Shown here: positions 1 to 9,142 of the stretch, one piece after another
How positions within the stretch are numbered: position 1 is the stretch's first letter
Layout: each line of letters starts with the position of its first letter
Origin: Fonticula alba ATCC 38817
Lineage: Eukaryota > Protista > Nucleariida
Reading direction: 5' to 3' (one strand)
Assembly: GCA_000388065.2 (NCBI GenBank)
Contig: KB932208.1
Length of the DNA stretch: 16,747 nucleotides
Translations under genes and position numbers: made by a program
The notes under the pieces: model-generated
Told to the model about the DNA's origin: nothing
What the model saw: only the letters and a program-made list of their open reading frames with translations
The model's database searches: none

Positions 1-41
<41 letters not shown>

Positions 42-110
42 GTGCTGATGGTGGTGCTGCTGCTGCTGGTATTGCTGCTGCTGTTGGTGCTGCTGCTGGT
101 GATGATGATA
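1..110 (-). repeat. CAG/CAC-rich coding repeat (polyQ/H tail), truncated at the window edge
   Basis: (CTG)11 at 3-35 followed by imperfect CTG/GTG/ATG triplets; translates as [18 protein letters not shown]... in the receiver-domain frame. Confidence 0.9.
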
Positions 111-1167
111 CTGTGAGTGGTGCATATGCTGCATGTGGGGGTGCAAGCCCGGAGCCAGCATCGCCGCATTACTGGCTGGCATGAAGTGATAGACCGTCGG
201 AGACGCGGTGCCAGAGACGCCGCCGCCGCCGCCATGGAAGGCGCCGCCCTCGGTGGCGGCGGCCGCCGCCGCCGCCACGGCCCCCATCACCGACGAGGGC
301 GACAGACAGAGCCGACGCTGAAGCTGCTGCAAAACCCCACTCAGCCGGGAAATGTTCAGCGGCTTCGACAGGGTCAGGCCCTCCTGCTGGGCGCCGGAAA
401 GCTGCGTGATCAGCTGCTGGGTCTTCTGCGATTGGTCCGTCGACATGAAGACCACCGGTGTCTGGGAATCGAACTTGCGGAATTGCGCCGTGGCATCCAG
501 GCCGTTCATGATCGGCATGAAGATGTCCATCAGCACAATGTCGAAGGGGCGCTGGTGCCGCGAAGTGCGCAGCAGCTCCAGCGCCTCGCTTCCATTGGAG
601 GCCTTGGACACCTCGTTGTAGCCGATCTTCGACAGCATCTGCAACAGGGTACGCAGGGTAATCGGATCGTCATCGACCACCAGCACACGAGGAGGGCCGC
701 CATTGGGCCCGGCCCGGACAAGAGCCCCTGCCGCATCGGCCCCACCCCCATGCGGATGATGGTGGTGCTGGTGCTGATGGTGATGCCGGAGGCCGGGCAC
801 CCCGGCCGCGGCCCCATGCTGAGAGGGCGGCAGGCTGTCCCCGGCCGCGGCGGCTTCCGACCCACCGAAGCCGGAGGAGGCCGGCTGCGCCGGTCCTCCC
901 CCGGTGCCCCCGTGAATTGACGCGGGATCGACTCCCGATGGAAGGGGGCCCGGGCGCCGAGCGGCAGCGCCGGCGGCGGCGGCGGCGGCCCCCTCAGCAC
1001 CAAGGTGGAAGCCCACATGGGCCCCGGTGGGTCCGGAACCGGCGGACACCGCTGCCAGCTGCGGGTCAACAAACTGCCCGGCATGGTGGAAGTCCGCCTG
1101 GTGTGAGGGCAACCCGGGGGAGGCAACGCGCATGGCCTCGGCCCCGTGGCCGAAGGTGCCGGACGAG

Positions 1168-1229
<62 letters not shown>

Positions 1230-4200
1230 GAGGAGCAACATTTGGTGCTGCTGAATGCCGTCCATCATGGTCGAGCCTGCGCCGGGGCCATGCTCGATGG
1301 CCTCAAGAGGCAGACCGGATGCGGTGGCATCGGCCCCCGGGCGGCCGGGGCCATTGTGAACCTTCTGGCCGAATTGCATATCCTCCAGCGAGGGATCCAC
1401 CGCGGAAACCGGACGGTCCATCATCGACGACGGAGCGATGCCCTGTGGGTCGTGCATGACGGCCGACTCTTGGCGCTGCTTCTTGGCTACATGCCGAAGG
1501 AGGACAGCGGGAGGGGGGGGAGAAGAGGGAGAAAGAGAAGGGAAAGGGGAGGATCGGGGTGGTGAGGGAGGGGGGGGGTTAGCATTCGCAGGTGCGTGTC
1601 AGGGGGAAAGAGGCGGGGGGAGGCGAAACCAGGACACCCCCCCCCCCCCCCCCCCCGAAAGGCTGGAGGGCCTGGCCAGACACACGCACAAAGGTAATCC
1701 CCGGGGCCGGGATAGTGCTCCGCCGAGACACCATGATGCTCGCGCTTGATCGGATGATGATGAGACGCCATCTCCGGCTTCAGGGGAAGGGAGGCGGAGT
1801 TGACCTCGAGCGGCATGCCGGTGCCGGAAATTTCCGCATATCCACCCGAGTGGATGTATGAACCCCCATGCGCCGGGTGGAACCCCGGCTCCGGGGCAGC
1901 ATCGGCCATGAAGGCGCCACCGAGGCCGACGCCGGCCACCGACGGCGGGGAGAAGGCCTCGGTCAGCTGAAGCAGATCTTGGAAGAGGATCGGCACGTCG
2001 GGGACTGGACATGGTGGAGAGGGGGGAAGACATGCAGCAGCACGCGCAGGGGGGGGGGGGGGGGGGGGGGGGGGCTGCTTTTGCTCTTCCGCGCCACCAC
2101 CAGCGTCCTCCTGAAACACCCCCTGGCCCGGGTCCGGTGTAGCCTCCGACTGCGGGCTCTGGCCCGGTCGCGCCGACGCCTGCTCCAGCCTTCCTTGGCG
2201 CCGGAAGAGTCACACACCGGCGGAATGGCACGGGCGAGGGCCCTCGCGACTGCACGCACACACGTCCGCGAGAGGGGGGGGGGGGGGGAGGTCAGCCATC
2301 GGGAGCCTGATACCCCTGGAAGGAGGGAAGACACCGGGGAAGGGGGGAAGGAAATGCAGAAGAAATGGGGCAAAGAGCAGCAGGAGACACACGCACCGGT
2401 CTCAGCCAGAACCCCAGCCGACGGGGCCAACAGCCGGTAGACAATCGTCGACAAGGCTTGGACTTGCTTTTGGGCCTGAGCAGCCGCGGCTTCGGCGATG
2501 GCCGCCCGGGACAGCAGGTGCCGGACAATGTCCGACATCTCGCCCGAGAGGGTAGCGCCAGTGCCAGGGGCACCAGGGGCGCCGCCGGGCCCGGCGCGAT
2601 CGACCACCGAGTCGGCATCGGAAGTCCGGCTGCGAGCTGGTGCGGCACCGCCGGAACAACGGAGGAAGGCATTAGGACAGGCGCATCGGCGGCGGGGCGC
2701 ATCGGAGGTGCAGTAGGGAGGGGAGGGGAGGGGAGGGGAAGGGGGGGGGGGGGGCGGGCTCTGGGTTCGGCGCGAGGCGCCAGAGGACTTGCGCTTGATC
2801 AGGCACAGGCTCTGGGTGTCGCCACGACGGAAACGGTCATGGCGGAACTCCCATGCCCGCTCGCCGTAGGCGCTTTCGCCGGTCTGGGCGCATGTAGACC
2901 GGACCTTGTGGAAGTCATACTTGTTCAACTGCCGAACGAAGGAAGCCAAGTTCCCGTGGCGGAAGTACCGCGGGAGGACGGTCGAGCAGAAGATGGCCGG
3001 ATCGCGCACGATGAAGGACTCGCCATTGGGGCTCCATGAGACGACATCCATCTCGGAGGGGGCCTCAAGCATCCTGCTCTCGCCAGGGCGGCAGCGGCGA
3101 CGGTCAGTCGTGTGGGGAGGGGAAGGGTGCACAGGGGGGAGGAGGAGCAGGAGGGGGGGGGGGGGGGGCAAAGTGTGAAGCACGAAACAGGGGGGAGACA
3201 GGGCGAGCGCACTTGTATAGGCGCCGGACGAAGTCCGACACGGAGGAGCTCCCGCTGGCCTGACTGCCGGGCTTGCCGCCTGTAGAGCCGCCCTGCGGGT
3301 CGGGATCGGTGGCCGAGTCATCTGACGACGCGTCCGACAAGAGGGGCCCGGCATCAGCGTCCTCCGGGCCGGGGCTGCCTCCCTCGGGGCCGACCTCGCC
3401 GGACGGAGAGCTGGGACTGGTGGAGCGGCGTGTGGCACGATCCGGCGACCCGGATGCCTCGGCGCCATCCTCGCTGCCCGGGCGCCGACGGGGAGCCCGC
3501 ACGCGAGTGGTCACCGTCCGGCGGGGGAGGGCCGGAATGGCCGGCAGGGTCATGGTCACCGAAACGGCAGGCAGGCCGGGAGGGCCAAGTCCAGCCGTCC
3601 GCTCGGCATGCGAGTGCTGATGCTGCTGAGCCGGTGGCTGCCTCTGTGGCGGCTTTTGTTGCTGCTGCAGCTGTGGCTGCTGAGCATCTTCCAGCAGGGA
3701 GATCGAAGAGAGCGGGACCCCGCCGGAGTTGGCAGAGGGGGCAGAGGAGGAGGAGGAAGAAGAAGAAGAGGAGGAGGAGGAGGAGCCTGTGCGAGACCCA
3801 GGCGCGAGGGACCCGGGGGGGTTATGGTGCTGCGGCAGGGACATGGTGGGTGGTGGGCTGGGGGCCAGGAGGAGGCCTGGGTGACGGGACGCTGCAGAGG
3901 CAAGGGTTTCACCGAAGGCGGAAGCCAGGCGCTCGCCGACCGAGCTCAAGGGTGGGAGAGTGCCACTGCCGCCGGGGCCGCTGCCAATCCGAGAAGGCGG
4001 AGCGCCGGCACCAGCAGCTGAGGATAGGAGCGCCGACCCGGGGGGCGTACTCGATGGGGAAGGGAGGTAACCGGGAAAGCCGGGGAAGTCCGGTGAGGGA
4101 AAGAGGCCGTCCGGGGAGGCGAAACGCGAGGCGCCCGGCGATGAGGCCCGCAGTTGGTGCGGCGAATAGGAGCTCGGCCCGGGGCTGGGACCAGGGTGAA

Positions 4201-4267
4201 GTGGCGAGAGCAGAGGCGGGAGGAGGAGGCTGGTTTGGGCAGGAGCTGGGGCCGGGGGCGGCGCCAT
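1..4267 (-). CDS. SKN7: Skn7/Prr1-type response-regulator transcription factor (HSF DNA-binding domain + coiled coil + receiver domain), 3'-partial, >1240 aa
   Basis: Manual model, exons 4267-3213, 3073-2397, 2193-1690, 1486-<1. GT-AG introns at 3074-3212, 2194-2396 and 1487-1689 have matching phases (2,1,1) and branch-like motifs (ACTGAC 3103-3108, GCTAAC 1578-1583). Splicing rebuilds FVRRLYK|MLE and the HSF core [14 protein letters not shown]...[11 protein letters not shown]...IKRK. The last exon reads open from 1486 to base 1 and contains a receiver domain (RVLVVDDD...[14 protein letters not shown]...TPVVFMS...SKP). The start at 4267 is the first in-frame ATG and is less certain. Two C-rich exonic segments (2630-2788, 2005-2100) could be extra in-frame introns. 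Confidence 0.9.
318..689 (-). other. Response-regulator receiver (REC) domain of the Skn7-like protein; predicted phosphoacceptor Asp codon at 525-527
   Basis: Hand translation: [123 protein letters not shown]. The acidic pair, phosphoacceptor Asp, beta4 Ser and Lys-Pro are all present. Confidence 0.95.
1170..1226 (-). repeat. Pure (CAG)19 coding microsatellite (polyQ tract of 20 with the adjacent CAA)
   Basis: Uninterrupted CTG repeats on the + strand, in frame with the Skn7-like exon 4. Confidence 0.95.
2428..2538 (-). other. Probable short coiled-coil (oligomerisation) segment after the HSF domain
   Basis: [37 protein letters not shown] is helical-looking with hydrophobic periodicity and sits where Skn7/HSF proteins carry their heptad repeats. 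Confidence 0.55.
2788..3232 (-). other. HSF-type DNA-binding domain, split by intron 3074-3212
   Basis: FVRRLYK|[95 protein letters not shown], containing the SFVRQLN recognition helix of the HSF family. Confidence 0.95.
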
Positions 4268-4362
4268 TGAGGTGCGTGTGATGGGGTGGCGGAGAGAAAG
4301 GGGGGGAACTGCTGCGGGGGGTCGCGAACTGCCTGGCTTCGATTGAGAGGAGGACACACTCC

Positions 4363-4575
4363 CTGCTCAATGTGCCGGGGGGAGAGGAAAAGGAGGGGCG
4401 CGTCAGCAACCGGTCGAGGGGTGGACAACGCAAAAGGGGAAAGGGAGTGTCGGGGATCACTAACGTCAAAGCATCTGGCGGCGGGGCGGGCAAGGGCGGC
4501 GGGGGGGGAGAGAGAGAGAGAAGGAGAGTGGTGTACAAATGCGAGGGGGGTCGGTCCCGGGGCAGAAATAGGCAC
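4363..4575 (-). other. Putative 5'-UTR intron of the Skn7-like gene
   Basis: Donor AA|GTGCCT at 4575, pyrimidine-rich body, branch-like GCTGAC near 4402-4407, then a pyrimidine tract and CAG| ending at 4363. The donor is weaker than the coding-intron donors. Confidence 0.4.
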
Positions 4576-4655
4576 TTCGTGCTGGCCCGGCCTGCGTGCG
4601 GCATCCGGCACGGAGACCGGACTGCCGGAGGAGGTGCGCGGAACAGGACCCTTGA

Positions 4656-4889
4656 GTGCGCGGGAAAAAATGATCGGCCAGGGAGATCAATTCCCACCTC
4701 AACCCATGCCCCCCCCCCCCCCCCCCCCACCTCTCCCACCCGGCTGCGCCCTCACCCGGTGTCCAGTNNNNNNNNNNGTGCGCGGGAAAAAATGATCGGC
4801 CAGGGAGATCAATTCCCACCTCAACCCATGCCCCCCCCCCCCCCCCCCCCACCTCTCCCACCCGGCTGCGCCCTCACCCGGTGTCCAGT
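4656..4889. repeat. Exact 112-bp direct duplication flanking a 10-N gap (probable assembly artefact)
   Basis: 4656-4767 is identical to 4778-4889, including the A6 and C20 runs, and the copies are separated only by NNNNNNNNNN. Confidence 0.9.
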
Positions 4890-6047
4890 GACACGCCGGG
4901 CACCCCCGGCCGAATGAAAGAAAGAGGGCGAAGAGGGGGAGGGGGGGGGGGCGGAGCAGGCGCGGCGGGCAATGGGGGGCCGGGTGATGGATTCCCACCC
5001 GGCGGGGGCGCGGCTCCGCAACCATTGGGGCCCCAAGCACTCGTGGATCAGAGGAGCACCGCGCCGGAAACGCGGGGGCCCTTGGCTGGGAGTGCGTGCG
5101 CGCGCATGCCGGCCACTCGCCCCTAGCCCTCGAGGCCCAATGGGGGCCGGGAGCGAGTGTGGTGGGGTGGGGGGATGCCAGGAAGCCGGCCCGCCCCCGG
5201 CCTCTCTGCCATCTCCCACCCCCGGGGGGGGGGGGGGGGGGGGGGCGACGCCCGGATCGCGGGCGCCAGCATGCCCATAACCTGCTGGCCGACTGAGGGC
5301 CTGGGCCTTTTCGGGCGAGAGGGCAGCAGGAGCCGCGCTGCCTCGACCCGGGTGCTGCTGGCGACGGTCCGCGCGCCCAAGTCCGGCCCCGAGCGGCAGG
5401 CAGCCAGTCCCTTGGGAGATCGCCCGGCTCCGGGGCTGGAGCGCCGCGAAATGCAAGCCCCCGCCCGCCATAGTGTCGCAAGATTACGGGCGTCTGGGAC
5501 GCCCGGGCCCCCATCCCCCGGCATGGGCAGAGCAAGGTAGCATGCGCGCCTGGGGAGTGCTCCCACGACCGGGGGACGAAGTCTGCTCAGGTCCTGGCGG
5601 GGGGGGGGCACGGGGGGCGCGGGCGAGCAGGCAGAGGCACACGCGCACACATGTCGGCTGTTCGCGCCCCACTAGAGGCCAAGTCCTAATCGGGCGGTCA
5701 GACAGACTCTTCGCGCAGGGTGCGGCTTCACCTACCCCCGGCAAGGGCGTCCCACACGCCGGGCCGCCCTCGGCCGGCCGGTCATTCCGCCGATCGGCAG
5801 GTTTCCGGGCAACTGGAGTCCGGGCCGCCGCCCCCCCCCCCCCTTTGCCCCCGGGGGGAGGGGCGAGAAGGGCGTCGGCGGGAATGCCGCCCGTCCCCAC
5901 CCGACACTGGCGGGCACGGAAATGCCATCGACGGGCAGGGGCACGAGCGGGCAGGAGCGCCCGCAGGCCGGCCGATGCGCCAGCATTGCCCTCTTTGGCT
6001 TCTCGGGAAAGAGAGCAAGGGGCATCCGCCCCCCCCCCCCCCCCCCC

Positions 6048-6422
6048 NNNNNNNNNNNNNNNNNNNNNNNNNNNNNNNNNNNNNNNNNNNNNNNNNNNNN
6101 NNNNNNNNNNNNNNNNNNNNNNNNNNNNNNNNNNNNNNNNNNNNNNNNNNNNNNNNNNNNNNNNNNNNNNNNNNNNNNNNNNNNNNNNNNNNNNNNNNNN
6201 NNNNNNNNNNNNNNNNNNNNNNNNNNNNNNNNNNNNNNNNNNNNNNNNNNNNNNNNNNNNNNNNNNNNNNNNNNNNNNNNNNNNNNNNNNNNNNNNNNNN
6301 NNNNNNNNNNNNNNNNNNNNNNNNNNNNNNNNNNNNNNNNNNNNNNNNNNNNNNNNNNNNNNNNNNNNNNNNNNNNNNNNNNNNNNNNNNNNNNNNNNNN
6401 NNNNNNNNNNNNNNNNNNNNNN
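6048..6422. other. Assembly gap (375 N)
   Basis: Run of N directly after a C19 homopolymer. Confidence 1.
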
Positions 6423-7551
6423 GCTGCGCGGCTGGGGGATGCCCAGGCCGCGCCGGAGGCCGCGGGAGAAACCGCCGCAGCAAGGCGTCCGTCAGGCGGG
6501 GCCATTTTCCGGACGAGACCCATTCCCGGCGGCGGGGGCGCCGAGGCCTGTCCCCTGCGTGCGGGAGAGGGGGCCCCCGCAGGGAGCCCTGGTTGCCCGG
6601 AAGCCCACCCCCCGGGCCAACCAACTGAGACGGCCGCGGACAAAGAGGGCGAACATGAGTCGAAGGAAAGGCTGCATGGGTGGCGGGAGAAAACAGACCC
6701 CAGCCCCTGGGGGGGAGGGGGGGGGGGGGGCGGGACAGAGGCCGGCAGGGCGCGTTCACGCCTCCACTGTGCAACCAACGCCGGCGCGTATCTTCCTTGG
6801 CCGCCGGCGGTGCCCGTGCCCCTGGCCCTTGCCCCCGCGTCGCCGGGCCGCGGAAGCACTTCACACAGACCGGGCCGGGGTAGGGGCTCTCGGCCGCGCG
6901 AGGAGTACACCAACACCTCCTCGCAAACAGAAAGCAAGCCGGCAACGATCCCGGCGAGCGTCCCACACATCGCAATCGACCAGTCTCGAACGCGGCCCCC
7001 AGCACGGGGTGCGACGGGAGGTGCCCGGCCGCGACCGGTGTTGAACCAGACCCTCTCCGGGTACCCTCGGCGCGGCGCCGCCTTCCGGGGCCAGGGCCGG
7101 GGGTGTCTTGCTCGGGGAGTGTTCGATTGGCAGTAATGTGGGACAAATGAGAAAAAAATATCCACGCCAATACTCCTCGAGGCTACCACACCCCTGGGCG
7201 GATTCCGGCGCCCGAAATCGCAAGAATCCCACCCCGCACTGCCTCCCTCACGCGGTGCGCTGCTCGCTCGGGGCTCGGCTTCTGTGTGTGTGTGTGGCGC
7301 GCCGGGCGGCCCAACGTGCTGACATGCGAATGGCGAGAAGACCCCCGGCCCAGGGTCACACGCGCGGGCGGGGAGGGCCGGTGCCCCTGGACCGCGAGGG
7401 GGAACGAGTGGGGCCGGCCCGGGGGGGGGGGGGGGCAAAAAGGCCCCGGGAAGGGTCGAGTCCGATCTCCACAACATGATACTGCCATTCAAGCACCTGG
7501 CCACGCGACCGGATCAATTTGCCGAGGCCGAGTCAGGGTCACGTCTCAGCG

Positions 7552-7580
7552 CCAATCACACCACACACCACGGGCCCAAT
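7552..7580 (+). promoter_or_regulatory. Pair of CCAAT boxes (CCAATCACA twice, 24 bp apart) about 1 kb upstream of PSMA2
   Basis: CCAATCACA at 7552 and 7576; reverse ATTGG also occurs at 7126 and 8350. Motif match only. Confidence 0.3.
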
Positions 7581-8577
7581 CACATGTACCCCCTCTCATG
7601 TCAGACACCTCCCGTCCTTGGATGGTTTTCCGCCCGCTCATCAACAGCGTCTCCCCCGGGCAGGCTCTCCGCACGGTGTTCCCCCCCCCGACGGTGGAGA
7701 ATCCTCGGGGGGGGTGGCCGCATCTTCCCCGCCGCGGCTCTTCCCAGCCTGGGGAGTGTGTGTGTGTAGTCCGCGGCCAGCTGTGTTTGGAGCGGGCCCC
7801 TCCAGCCTGCTGGCCCCCAAAGCGAGGCAAGGGAGAAAGAGAGATGCTCGGCGAGACCCGCATGTGAGCCCCATCATGGAGAGCGCCTAGTTTTGGGCTG
7901 CGGCTTACACACGGGAGGGAGCCCCCTCGGGCGTCAAGTCCGCCCGGCCTGCGCCCCGACTGGAGGCCGCGGCGTCGGGCCGTTGCGCATCCCTCCCGGC
8001 CGGCCGGCCGGCGAGGGAACGAAGCCGACACTGCTTCGAGAATCCTCTTTCCCCACCAGACACCCGGGCGTGTTCCTGCGTGCAGGGCCTTCGGCCACCG
8101 ACAAAAGAGGTGTCCATGCGCGTTGCCGTCGCGAGCGCCCCCCCCCCCCGGAGGCGGTCTCGCAACGGGCGGCCGGCCACCGGGCAGGGCTGGCACCGGC
8201 CAGCTCGACTAGACAGGTGGGCAGAAAGACCCCCCCCCCCCCCCTCCCGTCTATCTGTCTGCGTCCCTTGGGTCTCGTCGACGTCTGGGCGGCTCCGTCC
8301 CCATACGTCAGCCTCCGGCGGCCGGCCGCCCTTTCCGCTCTCCCGCGAGATTGGCCCATGTTTAGCCTTGCCCGCCTGGGGGCAAAGGGCATTGAAGAGA
8401 ATGGGAGCCCCCCTCCCCAGGTCCTCAGCCTGGCTGGTAGTCTGCCTCTTCTCCTTCCCTCCCCATCCATCGCCTCTGTGCAGCCCCCCCCCCGCCCCCT
8501 TTCCCCCTCCCTCTTCCCTCTCGCCCCCCTTCCCCCTCCCCCCCCCCCATTCGCCCTCACCCCCGCGCGTCCCAGCC

Positions 8578-9095
8578 ATGGCGGATCGGTACAGCTTCTC
8601 CCTGACTACCTTCAGCCCTTCGGGCAAGCTCGTCCAGATCGAGTATGCCCTGAACGCCGTTGCGTCGGGCTTCACCTCCATCGGAATAAAGGGTGTGTCA
8701 CCGGGGTGTCATGTTGGTCCTCCATTCTCCCTGCCCCCCCCCCCTTTTTTTCCCCCCCCCTGTCGCCCTCTTTCCATCAACTCACCCCTTTCGCATCGCC
8801 CCTTCCCATTCACAGCGTCGAACGGCGTTGTCATCGCCACCGAGAAGAAGCTCAGCTCCATCCTCATCAGCGAGGACACCGTGGTCAAGGCGGTCCCCAT
8901 CTGTGACACCATCGGTCTGGTGTACAGCGGCATGACCCCGGACGCCAAGGTGCTCATTGACCGCGCCCGCAAGGCGGCCCAGTCCTACCGCCGGGTCTTC
9001 AATGAGGAGCCGCCCGTGCTGCAGCTCGTGCGCGACATCGCCTCGGTCATGCAGGAGTACACCCAGTCCGGGTGCGTGCGCTCTGTGGTCCCGAC

Positions 9096-9142
<47 letters not shown>

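Noticed and set aside
117-1565. Plus-strand ORFs 117..920, 917..1459, 1027..1254 and 1146..1565 (poly-Leu, poly-Cys, poly-Ala)
   Set aside because: Antisense shadows of the Skn7-like last exon and its CAG repeat.
4656-4889. Perfect 112-bp tandem duplication as a biological repeat or mobile-element footprint
   Set aside because: The copies are identical down to homopolymer lengths and separated only by a 10-N spacer, the usual signature of unmerged overlapping contig ends.
7431-8387. GGGGGCAAA near 7431 and 8378 as Rpn4/PACE (GGTGGCAAA) elements upstream of the proteasome gene
   Set aside because: One mismatch at an informative base, and the same string occurs at G-run ends elsewhere (near 3164 and, reversed, near 5844), so it is background.
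8080-8577. 166-aa N-terminal extension of PSMA2 implied by ORF 8080..9525
   Set aside because: The conserved alpha-2 N-terminus begins at MADRYSFS (8578). The upstream part is translated C-rich leader sequence and the ORF also reads through introns.
4699-8577. Many long Gly/Pro/Arg-rich ORFs in the divergent spacer, including those spanning the N gap
   Set aside because: No recognisable domains, overlapping frames on both strands, stop scarcity explained by GC content, and lengths inflated by Ns.
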